Virus record (IMG/VR): IMGVR_UViG_3300031669_000087
Origin: a virus
Strand: one strand, 5' to 3'
DNA length: 40,277 nucleotides
Shown: positions 21,172 through 30,501 of the stretch, piece by piece
How the letters are laid out: the number at the start of each line of letters is the position of its first letter
How positions within the stretch are numbered: position 1 is the stretch's first letter
Program-made: the position numbers and the translations under genes
Notes under the pieces: model-generated
Told to the model about the DNA's origin: nothing
What the model saw: only the letters and a program-made list of their open reading frames with translations
Databases searched by the model: none

Positions 21172-22854
21172 ATGGCGAATCCGACCGCAGATCAGTCAGC
21201 CGACGTGGTGGATGAAGCTCTGCGTGAGTTCGCGTTTCTGGAAGCGGGCCGCGGTATCTGGGTGAAGCATTGGGAGAAGGTGGCGCAGCGGGTGCTGCCC
21301 TACTATTCCACCAGCTTCTACCCCCAGCAGAACATGGTTCCGGGCGTGGAGCGGGCTCAGGAGCAATACGACGCGACGGCCATGGGGGCGCTATGGAAGT
21401 TCGCGGCGGCCATGGAGTCCATGATTACCCCCGCCAACAGCAAGTGGCATCAACTGCGGCCGGTGGACGCGATCCTGAAGAAGGACCGGGCGACCATGAC
21501 CTGGTTCGAGCAGGTCAACGATCTGATGTTCCACTACCGATACAGCCCGCACTCCGGGTTCCAGATGAATATGCACGATGCATATGCAAGCATCGGAGCG
21601 TTCGGAACGAGTTGCGTCTTCACCGACAAGTTCAGCGATCCGACTCGACCTGGAACGAAGGGCCTGCGGTATCGGAACGTGTTCCTTGGAGAGTTGTATT
21701 TTGCAACGAACCATCAGGGGCAAGTGGACAAGATCTACCGGAAGTTCAAGATGACCCTTCGGCAAGTCGTGCAGCGATGGGGCAAGGACAAGCTCTCTGA
21801 CAAGTTGGCGTCGCTGTTTGAGTCAAAGCCTGAGTCCGAAGTGTGGTGCGTCCACGTCGTCAGGCCGAACGGGCAGTTCGATCCGGGGCGGCTGGATGAC
21901 AAAGGCAAGCGGTTCAGCTCCCACTACATTCTCCAGGAAACCCGGATGCTGCTGGAAAGCGGGGGCTACCGGTGCAACCCCTACGCCGTGGCCCGATATC
22001 TGACGGCGCCTGGCGAACTCTACGGCCGCGGCCCTGCCATGAACGTGTTGCCGGCGATCCTCACAGTGAACGAGGAGAAGAAGGTCGTGCTGAAGCAGGG
22101 CCAGCAGACAGTGGATCCGGTCTACCTGATGCACGACGATGGTATCGTGAACGGGTTTAGCCGGATGCCGGGCGCCATGAACCCAGGCGGGGTGAGCGCC
22201 GAGGGCCGGCCCTTGGTTCACATGCTCCAGCCTGGCAACATCGGCATTGGCAAGGAACTGATGGACGATGAGCGAGCCGCGATCAATGACGCGTTCCTCG
22301 TGACCTTGTTCCAGATCCTGGTGGAGACCCCCCGGATGACGGCCACGGAAGTGGTGGAACGGGCCCGGGAGAAGGGCGCGTTGCTGTCCCCGACCATGGG
22401 TCGGTATCAGAGCGAGGGCATCGGGCCTCAGGTGGAACGTGAGTTCGATCTGCTGCTGGACCAGGGGCTACTGCCCCCGCCTCCCCAGATGCTCATTGAC
22501 GCCGGCGCGGAATATCGGGTGGAGTATGACGCCCCATTGAACCGGATGATGCGGGCCGAGGAAGCCGCGGGGGGCATGAGGTCGTTCCAATATGCGGCGG
22601 AAATCGCCGCTCAGACCCAGGACCCGAGCGGCATGGACATCTTCGATGTAGACGTCATGATGCCCGAGATGGCCATCATCAACGGCACACCCTACCGATG
22701 GCTGCGGACGCCTGAAGCGATCGCCGCCGTGCGGCAGGGGCGGCAGCAGAAGGAGTCTATCCAGCAGATCACGCAGGCTCTGCCCGGGATGGCGGCCATG
22801 GCGAAGGCCGCGGCGCCTCAAGGCACGAGCCCCACACCCGGGCAGCCGTCATGA
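21172..22854 (+). CDS. Portal (head-to-tail connector) protein, T7 gp8-like
   Basis: 560 aa. Supported by its position after terL and by size and sequence character recalled from the podovirus head-to-tail connecting protein family. AGGAGAA RBS. Confidence 0.75.
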   Translation: MANPTADQSADVVDEALREFAFLEAGRGIWVKHWEKVAQRVLPYYSTSFYPQQNMVPGVERAQEQYDATAMGALWKFAAAMESMITPANSKWHQLRPVDAILKKDRATMTWFEQVNDLMFHYRYSPHSGFQMNMHDAYASIGAFGTSCVFTDKFSDPTRPGTKGLRYRNVFLGELYFATNHQGQVDKIYRKFKMTLRQVVQRWGKDKLSDKLASLFESKPESEVWCVHVVRPNGQFDPGRLDDKGKRFSSHYILQETRMLLESGGYRCNPYAVARYLTAPGELYGRGPAMNVLPAILTVNEEKKVVLKQGQQTVDPVYLMHDDGIVNGFSRMPGAMNPGGVSAEGRPLVHMLQPGNIGIGKELMDDERAAINDAFLVTLFQILVETPRMTATEVVERAREKGALLSPTMGRYQSEGIGPQVEREFDLLLDQGLLPPPPQMLIDAGAEYRVEYDAPLNRMMRAEEAAGGMRSFQYAAEIAAQTQDPSGMDIFDVDVMMPEMAIINGTPYRWLRTPEAIAAVRQGRQQKESIQQITQALPGMAAMAKAAAPQGTSPTPGQPS

Positions 22855-23156
22855 TGAATCTCTTCGACCAGGCCAAGGACTTCCTGTTCCGCAGACGGAA
22901 CGCCTACTGCAAGGTGTTCCTCCAGATGGATGGCCAGCCGGCGCCTTATGCTGAAGAAGTGCTGGCAGACCTGGCCCGGTTCTGCCGAGCGAACGACACA
23001 TGCTTCCACGCGGACCCCCGGGTCAACGCTGACCTGGAAGGCCGAAGGGAAGTGTGGCTTCGGATCCAGCATCACCTTAGGCTGTCCGACGAGCAGCTGC
23101 AACGGATCTACCTACCCAGCCAACCCTCAGCCCTCAAGGAGATTTCCAATGGATGA
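22851..23156 (+). CDS. Conserved head-module protein (101 aa), function unknown
   Basis: The ATG overlaps the portal stop (ATGA). The block VLADLARFCRANDTCFHADPRVNADLEGRREVWLRI looks like a small protein conserved next to portal genes in podoviruses. Confidence 0.6.
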   Translation: MMNLFDQAKDFLFRRRNAYCKVFLQMDGQPAPYAEEVLADLARFCRANDTCFHADPRVNADLEGRREVWLRIQHHLRLSDEQLQRIYLPSQPSALKEISNG

Positions 23157-23412
23157 GATGGAGTTCACCCCTTCACCGGAGACCACGGAGCCGAGCGAGC
23201 CCGAGAGTCCTGTGACCGATATCACACCCAAAGTCGTGAAGGAGGCCCGCCGGTGGAAGCCGCTGGGCGAGGAGTTCTTTCTCGACGAAGAGTTTGCCCA
23301 GCTGGTGGTCGAGCTGGGGGAAGACGGGCACGGCCCCGTCATGTTTGATCTTCAACCTGAGGAGAAGGACGGCGTAGCCGGCCACGTCCTCGTAGCGTCA
23401 ATTCTTTCCTAA
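23149..23412 (+). CDS. Acidic hypothetical protein (87 aa)
   Basis: MDEMEFTPSPETTEPSEPESPV... with an AAGGAG RBS and an 8-nt overlap with the upstream gene. Confidence 0.55.
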   Translation: MDEMEFTPSPETTEPSEPESPVTDITPKVVKEARRWKPLGEEFFLDEEFAQLVVELGEDGHGPVMFDLQPEEKDGVAGHVLVASILS

Positions 23413-23421
23413 GGAGATCCC

Positions 23422-23532
23422 ATGTCCTGTGGTGTCGTCGCCCTCATCGCTTTCATCTTCCTGGTGCTCGGCCTCGCGGCCGGCGCACTCGTCTGGCGCA
23501 AGAACGGCGCCGCCATCGAAAAGAAGTTCTAA
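23422..23532 (+). CDS. Small single-TM peptide (36 aa)
   Basis: MSCGVVALIAFIFLVLGLAAGALVWRKNGAAIEKKF with a strong TAAGGAG RBS. It is below the ORF-track size cutoff. Confidence 0.5.
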   Translation: MSCGVVALIAFIFLVLGLAAGALVWRKNGAAIEKKF

Positions 23533-23541
23533 GGAGACTCC

Positions 23542-24432
23542 ATGTCAGATCCTGTCGCCCCCGGTAACGGACAAGGCACCCCGGCTCCTGCCGAAGGGGC
23601 CCCCGCAACACCACAAGGAACCGCAGCAGCGCTTGCCGCGCCCCCCGCCGCACCGGCGGCCACGGCCATCCCGTGGCTTGAGGGAGCCGATCCCGCAGTG
23701 GTCGGCTATGTCCAAAACAAGGGTTGGGAGAAGCCCGTCCAGGTGCTGGAGAGTTACCAGAATCTGGAGAAACTTTTGGGGGCGGATCGTGCGGGTAACA
23801 CCGTCATTCTGCCCAAGCCGGACGCCCAGAAGCAGGAAGTAGACGCCTTCTACAACCGCTTGGGGCGTCCGGCCGATCCTGCCGGATACAAGATCGACGT
23901 GCCCGCTGGATCCGATCCTGAGTTCGCCAAGGGCGCCGCGGCCAAGATGCACGAGCTGGGGCTGAACAAGGACCAGGGTGAGAAGCTGGCGGCCTGGTGG
24001 AACGACCAGGTGGGGACGACGGTCAAGACGTCCACCGAGCAGGCCCTGGCCAAGAACCAGGAGCAGCAGACCGCGCTCAAGACGGCCTGGGGTTCGGCCT
24101 TTGACCAAAATAAAGAGATCGCTGCGGCTGCGGCTCGGGGTCTCGGCATTGAGCCTACGGCCCTGGATGCGCTTGACCAGGCGCTCGGCTTCGACAAGAC
24201 GATGCAGCTTTTCTACAACATCGGAACCAAGATCAAGGAACCCGACTTTGTGGACGGCAGCGGCAACCGGGGCTTCGGCGCGGCTCTCACCCCAGGTCAG
24301 GCTCAGGCAAAAATTGCCGAGTTGAAGGTGGACAAGAACTGGGTTTCCCGCCTCATGAATCATGACGCGGCGGCCACGTCCGAGTGGAAAAAGCTCCACG
24401 AATACGCGTATCCGGAGCAGGCCAATGGATGA
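23542..24432 (+). CDS. Scaffolding protein
   Basis: 296 aa with an AAGGAG RBS. It has a Pro/Ala-rich N-terminus followed by a helical, charged sequence, and sits between the portal and capsid genes. Confidence 0.6.
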   Translation: MSDPVAPGNGQGTPAPAEGAPATPQGTAAALAAPPAAPAATAIPWLEGADPAVVGYVQNKGWEKPVQVLESYQNLEKLLGADRAGNTVILPKPDAQKQEVDAFYNRLGRPADPAGYKIDVPAGSDPEFAKGAAAKMHELGLNKDQGEKLAAWWNDQVGTTVKTSTEQALAKNQEQQTALKTAWGSAFDQNKEIAAAAARGLGIEPTALDALDQALGFDKTMQLFYNIGTKIKEPDFVDGSGNRGFGAALTPGQAQAKIAELKVDKNWVSRLMNHDAAATSEWKKLHEYAYPEQANG

Positions 24433-24673
24433 CACCCTCGCAGTCCGGTTGGAGTGCCTGAAGCTGGCCGTCCAGGTTTCTACGGCTGAGTCCCTGGACA
24501 AGTCCATGCGGGCTCCTGAAACGGAAAGAGTTGCGGAACTCACCGAAAAGTTCTATGATCTGGTCAACGCAGGACCTACGTCTGTTGAGGTTCCCGAAGC
24601 AGTTCCGGTGACCCCACAGCAGATGCGGGGCAACAAAAAGCCGAAGATGGACAAGGACGAAATCTTCAAGTAG
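24425..24673 (+). CDS. Hypothetical protein (82 aa)
   Basis: MDDTLAVRLECLKLAVQVSTAESLDKS... The ATG overlaps the scaffold gene by 8 nt. Confidence 0.5.
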   Translation: MDDTLAVRLECLKLAVQVSTAESLDKSMRAPETERVAELTEKFYDLVNAGPTSVEVPEAVPVTPQQMRGNKKPKMDKDEIFK

Positions 24674-24783
24674 GCCCCCATCAGACGGCACACCAAAGCA
24701 AAATGGCCCCTCTTCCGAGGACAAGCCGAGGGTAGCGGCTCTCCCTAAAGCCAACATCTTCAACTTTTCCTCGGAGGACTTCC

Positions 24784-25731
24784 ATGTCCGTTAACGTCTC
24801 CACCGCATTTGTCCAACAGTATTCCACGAACATTGGAATGCTGTTGCAGCAGCAGGGTTCGCGTCTGCGAACGTCCGTCATGAACTACGCCTTCCAGGGG
24901 AAGGCTGCGAGCGTGATGGAGCAGTTCGGCAGCGTCAACCCGGTGTTCAACCAGGGTCGCCACTCGGATACCCCGCTCATCAGCACCCCCCAGGACAAGC
25001 GCTGGGCCTACCCCAATGACGCCGACTGGGCCGACCTGATCGACCAGCAGGACCGTCTCCGGATGCTCATTGATCCCGCGGGGCCCTACACCATGGCCGG
25101 CACCTACGCCATGGGCCGCGGCATTGATGACGCGATCGTCGCCGGCATCTTCCAGAGCAACAACACCGGTGAGAACGGCACCAGCGCCACGGGTCTGCTC
25201 TCGGCCTACAACTCCGGTTCTCAGGTGGTGGCCGCCACGGTTGGCGCCGCTTCCGGCAATACCGGCCTGAACGTGGCCAAGCTCCGCGCGGCTCGCAAGA
25301 TGCTGCTCGCGGCTGAGGTGGACGTCGAAAACGATCCCCTCTACATTGCCGCCACGGCTCAGCAGCTGGACGATCTGCTCGCTCAGGTCCAGGTCAACAG
25401 CCTGGACTACAACGAGCGGCCCGTCTTGGTGGATGGCCGTATCACCCGGTTCATGGGCTTCGAATTCATCCACTCCGAGCGCATCCCCGGCGCCGCGAAC
25501 TTCAACACCCTCTACCCCGGCAACAGCACCATCACCGGCTACACCACCGGCACCACCTGGCTGGTCCCCTTCTGGGCCAAGTCCGGTGTCGCCCTCGGCA
25601 CCTGGAACGACATCACGGCCACCGTCGATCGTCGCCCCGACAAGCGCAACTCCTGGCAGGTCTACGTCACCGGCACCTTCGGCGGCACCCGGCTGGAAGA
25701 GAAGCGCTGCGGCTTCATCACCTGCTACTGA
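24784..25731 (+). CDS. Major capsid protein (HK97-fold type)
   Basis: 315 aa with a GGAGGA RBS. It follows the scaffold gene, and its N-terminal FVQQYSTNIGMLLQQQGSRLR matches capsid proteins of BPP-1-like and related podoviruses as I recall them. Confidence 0.75.
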   Translation: MSVNVSTAFVQQYSTNIGMLLQQQGSRLRTSVMNYAFQGKAASVMEQFGSVNPVFNQGRHSDTPLISTPQDKRWAYPNDADWADLIDQQDRLRMLIDPAGPYTMAGTYAMGRGIDDAIVAGIFQSNNTGENGTSATGLLSAYNSGSQVVAATVGAASGNTGLNVAKLRAARKMLLAAEVDVENDPLYIAATAQQLDDLLAQVQVNSLDYNERPVLVDGRITRFMGFEFIHSERIPGAANFNTLYPGNSTITGYTTGTTWLVPFWAKSGVALGTWNDITATVDRRPDKRNSWQVYVTGTFGGTRLEEKRCGFITCY

Positions 25732-25749
25732 GCCTGAGGAGACAATCAC

Positions 25750-26187
25750 ATGGCTGCCTACCTTTCCACCGAACTCGGCAAGACCGCCAACCAGACGGCG
25801 GCTCCTGTCGGCTATCGGCCCGATGCGACCAGCTATCAGGGGCGCATCCGATCCATTCGGGCGTCCTTCACGCTCGCGTCCCAGGCCACCACGGACACGC
25901 TGGTGCTCGGCAATCTTCCTGCCGGCTGCACTTTCTGCGGGGGCCGCATCGTCACCGACACCTCGTTGGGCAGCTCCACGCTGGCCATCGGGATCTCGGG
26001 CGCCACGGGCAAATACCGGGCGGCTGCGACCTTCACGGCTACCGATGCCCCCGCGCTTTTCGGGGTCACCGCGGCCATCATCGAAGCGGCTTCCTCTGCC
26101 GAGCGCCAGGTCATCGGCACCATCGCCGTGGCTGCGCTTCCCGCCTCCGGCAACCTCTGTGTCGAACTCCAGTATCGGATGCCCTAA
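25750..26187 (+). CDS. Putative head decoration / cement protein
   Basis: 145 aa with a GAGGAG RBS, immediately after the capsid gene. It is beta-rich and Ala/Thr/Gly-rich, and a hairpin follows it. Confidence 0.4.
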   Translation: MAAYLSTELGKTANQTAAPVGYRPDATSYQGRIRSIRASFTLASQATTDTLVLGNLPAGCTFCGGRIVTDTSLGSSTLAIGISGATGKYRAAATFTATDAPALFGVTAAIIEAASSAERQVIGTIAVAALPASGNLCVELQYRMP

Positions 26188-26196
26188 CCTTGGATT

Positions 26197-26224
26197 GGGG
26201 AGGTGGCTTAGCGGCTGCCTCCCC
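26197..26224 (+). terminator. GC-rich hairpin after the capsid/decoration genes (possible partial terminator)
   Basis: ggggagg ... cctcccc forms a 7-bp stem with a 14-nt loop. The downstream T content is weak (aagcctttcgg). Confidence 0.3.
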
Positions 26225-26244
26225 AAGCCTTTCGGAGAGATGTC

Positions 26245-26433
26245 ATGACGACTTACTACTACGGTTTGAACCGGGGCCAGAGGATGGAGGATGTCGTCGT
26301 CGGCACGTCCACCAACAGCACGGACATCGAACTTGCCGTGAACGGCGCCAAGATCCCCGCTCAGGGAGATGCTGCCGCTCTTGTGGAAGTTCTTGAGGGC
26401 TTCCTGGCCCAGGCCAAGTTCCCGCCCGCTTAG
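26245..26433 (+). CDS. Hypothetical virion-module protein (62 aa)
   Basis: Intact ORF with a GGAGAG RBS. Confidence 0.55.
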   Translation: MTTYYYGLNRGQRMEDVVVGTSTNSTDIELAVNGAKIPAQGDAAALVEVLEGFLAQAKFPPA

Positions 26434-26442
26434 GAGTGAACC

Positions 26443-26760
26443 ATGTCCATTCGTCGAGACGACGCACTCTACACCCTCGCGTCGAACCTCTCAGCTACGG
26501 GGGCAGCCGTCCAAATCAAGGGCGGCGACTACATGTTTTTTGCGGAAGGCACCATCGGCGGGGCTACGGTCACCCTACAGATGGCGAGTCCGAACGGAAC
26601 CTTCGTCACGGTAGGGTCGTTTACCGCGGGCACACTTCTGTCGGCCACCGCGCTTCCTGTCGCGTTCACGCGGATAAGCCTGCCCTCGGGCAGCGTCAAG
26701 TTCGCGGTTACCGGGGGAACGCCTTCCGCGCTCTACGCCTACCTTCAGGGGATGGGCTGA
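26443..26760 (+). CDS. Hypothetical virion-module protein (105 aa)
   Basis: Intact ORF with an AGGAG RBS and beta-rich composition. Confidence 0.6.
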   Translation: MSIRRDDALYTLASNLSATGAAVQIKGGDYMFFAEGTIGGATVTLQMASPNGTFVTVGSFTAGTLLSATALPVAFTRISLPSGSVKFAVTGGTPSALYAYLQGMG

Positions 26761-26775
26761 ACTTCGAGGTAGCCC

Positions 26776-27336
26776 ATGGCCCAGAGCAAGATTGACTGCT
26801 GCAATAGCGCCCTACAAAAGTTGGGCGCTACCAGCATTTTAAACTTCACGGACTCGAAGGAAGGGCGCCAGTGCGCGATCGCCTACGACAGCAACAGGCG
26901 GTCCGAACTGCGGAATCATCCCTGGGCCTTCGCCACGAAGCGAGTCCAGTTGGCGGCTGACTCCACGGCGCCGGCGTTTGACTTCCTATACCAATACACC
27001 TTGCCCGCCGACTGCGTGAAGGTGCTGCTACCCGCGGACTCCAATTTGGATTGGGTCGTCGAGGGCGGCAAGATCCTGACCAACTGGGCCGCGCCGCTGA
27101 ACGTTCGATACACGGCGGACATCGACAGTGAGCCGCTGTGGGACCCCCTTTTCTACGATGCTCTCGCCATCTCGCTGGCCATTGATTTATGTGAGTCCAT
27201 CACGAACTCGACAAGCAAGAAAGCTACGCTCGATCAGGAATACGTGGCCGCGGTGAGTCGGGCCAAAAAGGCAAACGCGTTCGAGCAGTTGGCCCAGGTC
27301 GCGCCGGATCCGTCCTTCATCACCGCGAGGTGGTGA
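26776..27336 (+). CDS. T7 gp11-like tail tubular protein A / adaptor
   Basis: 186 aa. The N-terminal CCNSALQKLGATSILNFTDSKEGRQCAIAYDSNRRSELRNHPWAFATKRVQLA pattern is common in podovirus gp11-position proteins. It lies directly upstream of the gp12-like gene. Confidence 0.5.
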   Translation: MAQSKIDCCNSALQKLGATSILNFTDSKEGRQCAIAYDSNRRSELRNHPWAFATKRVQLAADSTAPAFDFLYQYTLPADCVKVLLPADSNLDWVVEGGKILTNWAAPLNVRYTADIDSEPLWDPLFYDALAISLAIDLCESITNSTSKKATLDQEYVAAVSRAKKANAFEQLAQVAPDPSFITARW

Positions 27337-27337
27337 C

Positions 27338-30079
27338 ATGGCGCGGGCCACTTGGGTTCAAAGCAACTTCAACGGCGGGGAGTGGAGTCCTCTCGCACAC
27401 GGGCGTTTCGATCTGGCGAAGTATCGGAACGCGCTTGAATTGTGCTCAAACTTTCTGCTGACTCAGCAGGGCGGCCTGACTCGGCGCCCCGGCACGCCAT
27501 ATGTGGCCGCGGTCAAGGACAGCACCTACGCCCCACGACTGATTGACTTCATGTTCAGTGAGTCCCAAGCCTACATATTTGAGTTTGGGGCTCGGTACAT
27601 TCGGATCTATACCAACGACGGTCAGCTCATCGAGCCCGCGCCCACGGCATATGTTGCGACAAAAACCTACTACGTCGGTGCGCTGGTGGAGAGTTCCGGA
27701 ACGGTTTACTGCTGTAAGGCTACAGCAGATGCCACACTGTACCCGCCCCCGAACATAAATTACTGGGTTCCTACAACTACGACAGTAACTTCCTGGGATG
27801 CAGACATCACCTACACATTGGGCGCTCGAGTTCAGTATCTTGGGGTGTATTACTGCTTAACCGCTCTGGGGGCCGTTCATGATCCGGTAGGAATCCCGGG
27901 AGTGGACTCCAGGTGGACGCTGACTGGGACTACGATTGTGGAGTTCGCTGCCTCAGGCGGGAACTACACCCCCGGCGACATCGTCAGTTATCTCGGGGTG
28001 AACTACTACTGCACGGCGGTCCCATCTGCGGCGCCCCCTGACACGGCGTATTGGTATCCATTGACGGGGTCCATCATAGAAGTTCCCACCACGTATTCAA
28101 GTTCTGACGTGTGGGCGCTGAGCTTCGACAGTAAGGCCGATACCATATATTTGTCGCACCCCGACCACCCAACCGAGAAGTTGCAACGTCTAGGGCCAAC
28201 GAAATGGGCGCTCAGCCCGGTGGCTTTTCTCGACGGCCCGTATCTGGCCACTAACACCACTACGACTACACTCACTCCTTCAGGGACGTCGGGCGCGGTC
28301 ACGGTGACGGCAAGCGCGGTCACGGGCATCAATGGTGGCATCGGGTTTTCATTGGCGGACGTAGGCCGCGCGCTCAGGTTAAAGTGCGGAGGCGTCTGGC
28401 TGTGGGGCACGATCACGGCCTACACAAGCCCTACCGTCGTGACTTGGACCATTGCAGATCCCAACGGCCAGATGGTCCCCAAGACGGCGGCGGGCACGGC
28501 CAACGTATCATCTGGGAGCGTGTTCAGCATTAGTTTGACCGACGGTGGGAGTGGGTATGGGGTGAGTCCGCCCGATGTCGTTATCTCTGGCGGCGGGGGT
28601 TCAGGGGCGGTAGCCTACGCCACAGTGTCCAACGGGGTCGTCATAGCTGTCACCATGAGCGTGACCGGAACTGGATACACTTCGGTGCCAGCCGTTGCGT
28701 TCGGCGCGCCAGCAGGTGTTGTTGCGTCAACCACATCCTTTTGGCGAATGGGTTTGTGGAATGCGACGGATGGGTATCCTGGTGTCGTCAAGTTTCACCA
28801 GGACCGGCTGTGTTTTTCTGGCAACGCCGCGAACCCTGGGCGCATTGACGCATCCAACACCGGGGACTACGAGAACTTCGCGCCGACAAATCTCGACGGC
28901 ACCGTGGTTGACAGCAACGCATTCAGCTTCACCATCAACGAATCGCTTAACACAGTTCGATGGCTTGTGTCGGATAAGCAGGGCCTCATCTGCGGCACTG
29001 GCGGGGGCGAGTGGGCCATCGCCCCGAGCGGGGCCCAGCAAGCCATCACGCCCACGAACATCAACATGAAGCCTATCGGTAACTTTGGGTCAGCATTCGT
29101 GAAGCCTGTCCGGATCGGGAATGTGACGCTGTTCATCCAGCGGACGACACGCAAAATAAGGGAACTTATTTATCAGTTCATGTACGACACGTTCACCAAC
29201 GTGGACATCAGCCTCGTGGCCGAACATCTCACCAAGGGCGGCCTTAAGCAACTGGCGACTCAGTTCGCTCCCTACCAGATCGTGTGGATCGTGCGGACGG
29301 ATGGAACCTTGGTGGGCATGACCTATGACCGGGATCAAGAAGTCAACGGCTGGCACCGGCACGCCCTCGGAGGCTACTCAGACGCGGCTCAGACGCTGCC
29401 TCCATTGGTTGAGAGTGTGGCCTGCATCCCGGCCCCGAGCACCCAGCGGGATGAGGTGTGGCTGGTGGTGAATCGCTACATCAATGGCGCCACCGTCCGC
29501 ACCGTCGAACGCATGGCCAAGGTGTGGGAAGACGGGGACGCGGTAGCCGATGCCCTGTTCCTGGACTCCAGCGCCACCTACTCCGGGGCGCCTACAACCA
29601 CGGTCAGTGGGCTCACCTGGCTGAAGGGACAAACGGTAGGGGTTCTCACGGATGGGTCCGTCCACCCGGATTGTGTGGTCAGCAGCACCGGAACGATCAC
29701 TTTGAATTGGGCGGCGTCTAAGGTCCAGGTCGGGCTCGGCTACGCTTCTCAGGGTAAGACGCTCCGAATCGAAGCTGGGGGCGCGGATGGCCCATCCCAG
29801 GGCAAACTCAAACGAATCATGTGGACGATCTTCCGGTTCTTCCAGACCTCGAAGTTCGACCTATGGTCTGATACCCCCGGTGTCGGCTACGAGTCCAAGG
29901 CGTTCAGGGATAGCAACGACCCGATGACGACTGCGGTATCCTTGTTCAATGGCGACAAGCGCTGGACGTATGATGGGACCTGGGCGTCGGATGGTCAGAT
30001 CTCTTTCCAGGCCAGCGGGCCACTTCCATGCAACGTAACCCTGCTCATGGCCCAGGTCGACACGAAGGAGATGCAATGA
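27338..30079 (+). CDS. T7 gp12-like tail tubular protein B carrying three inserted CBM5/12-like repeats
   Basis: 913 aa. The N-terminus NFNGGEWSPLAHGRFDLAKYRNALELCSNFLLTQQGGLTRRPGT parallels the gp12 N-terminal logic (GG-x-S...R...N...G-L-x-RRPG). The repeats are described in the findings. Confidence 0.55.
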   Translation: MARATWVQSNFNGGEWSPLAHGRFDLAKYRNALELCSNFLLTQQGGLTRRPGTPYVAAVKDSTYAPRLIDFMFSESQAYIFEFGARYIRIYTNDGQLIEPAPTAYVATKTYYVGALVESSGTVYCCKATADATLYPPPNINYWVPTTTTVTSWDADITYTLGARVQYLGVYYCLTALGAVHDPVGIPGVDSRWTLTGTTIVEFAASGGNYTPGDIVSYLGVNYYCTAVPSAAPPDTAYWYPLTGSIIEVPTTYSSSDVWALSFDSKADTIYLSHPDHPTEKLQRLGPTKWALSPVAFLDGPYLATNTTTTTLTPSGTSGAVTVTASAVTGINGGIGFSLADVGRALRLKCGGVWLWGTITAYTSPTVVTWTIADPNGQMVPKTAAGTANVSSGSVFSISLTDGGSGYGVSPPDVVISGGGGSGAVAYATVSNGVVIAVTMSVTGTGYTSVPAVAFGAPAGVVASTTSFWRMGLWNATDGYPGVVKFHQDRLCFSGNAANPGRIDASNTGDYENFAPTNLDGTVVDSNAFSFTINESLNTVRWLVSDKQGLICGTGGGEWAIAPSGAQQAITPTNINMKPIGNFGSAFVKPVRIGNVTLFIQRTTRKIRELIYQFMYDTFTNVDISLVAEHLTKGGLKQLATQFAPYQIVWIVRTDGTLVGMTYDRDQEVNGWHRHALGGYSDAAQTLPPLVESVACIPAPSTQRDEVWLVVNRYINGATVRTVERMAKVWEDGDAVADALFLDSSATYSGAPTTTVSGLTWLKGQTVGVLTDGSVHPDCVVSSTGTITLNWAASKVQVGLGYASQGKTLRIEAGGADGPSQGKLKRIMWTIFRFFQTSKFDLWSDTPGVGYESKAFRDSNDPMTTAVSLFNGDKRWTYDGTWASDGQISFQASGPLPCNVTLLMAQVDTKEMQ

Positions 30080-30501
30080 ACGTGCTGCCCTTCAAAGCGG
30101 AACACCTCCTCGGGATGCAATTACAGCGGGCTCAGAATGGGTCCAAGCCGTTCATCACGGAGGAATACGCCAAGATGCTGGAGGGGCAGTTCGCGTTCAC
30201 GGCTGTGACGGATGACGATGAGGTCGTGGCCGTTGGAGGAGTCACGGAACTATGGGCCAACCGAGCCCTCGCTTGGTCGTTCATTGACTCCCGTGCGGGC
30301 AAGCATTTCGTCGCGCTCCATAGGATCGTTAAGGACTTCCTAGACATCGTCCCTTACCGAAGGGTCGAGGCTGAGACTTCCTGCGGTTTCGGCCCGGGGC
30401 ACCGGTGGCTCAAGATGCTCGGGTTTGAGATGGAAGCCGAAAGGATGCGGGCGTTTCAAGTAGATGGGGGCGACAGCTCTCTTTATGCGCGGGTGAAGTG
30501 A
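30076..30501 (+). CDS. GNAT-fold acetyltransferase-like protein in the T7 gp13 position
   Basis: 141 aa. The ATG overlaps the upstream stop (ATGA). The C-terminus YRRVEAETSCGFGPGHRWLKMLGFEMEAERMRAFQVDGGDSSLYARV resembles the GNAT C-terminal beta-alpha-beta. Confidence 0.4.
   Translation: MNVLPFKAEHLLGMQLQRAQNGSKPFITEEYAKMLEGQFAFTAVTDDDEVVAVGGVTELWANRALAWSFIDSRAGKHFVALHRIVKDFLDIVPYRRVEAETSCGFGPGHRWLKMLGFEMEAERMRAFQVDGGDSSLYARVK

Noticed and set aside
24714-24775. An 8-nt complementarity (tccgagga / tcctcgga) that could sequester the capsid-gene RBS.
   Set aside because: The match is short, separated by about 46 nt, and involves RBS-like purine and pyrimidine runs that are common in this genome. 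It is not distinguishable from chance by eye.
24760-26226. A 488-aa minus-strand ORF, and similar long ORFs at 23545..24543, 25346..26248, 1266..2285, 4529..5263, 19407..20087, 34547..35299 and 36302..36943.
   Set aside because: They run antisense or out of frame to well-supported genes (capsid, scaffold, primase, polymerase, terL, gp16-like). They have Arg/Gly/Pro-rich, low-complexity translations typical of stop-poor alternative frames in GC-rich DNA, and they lack an RBS.
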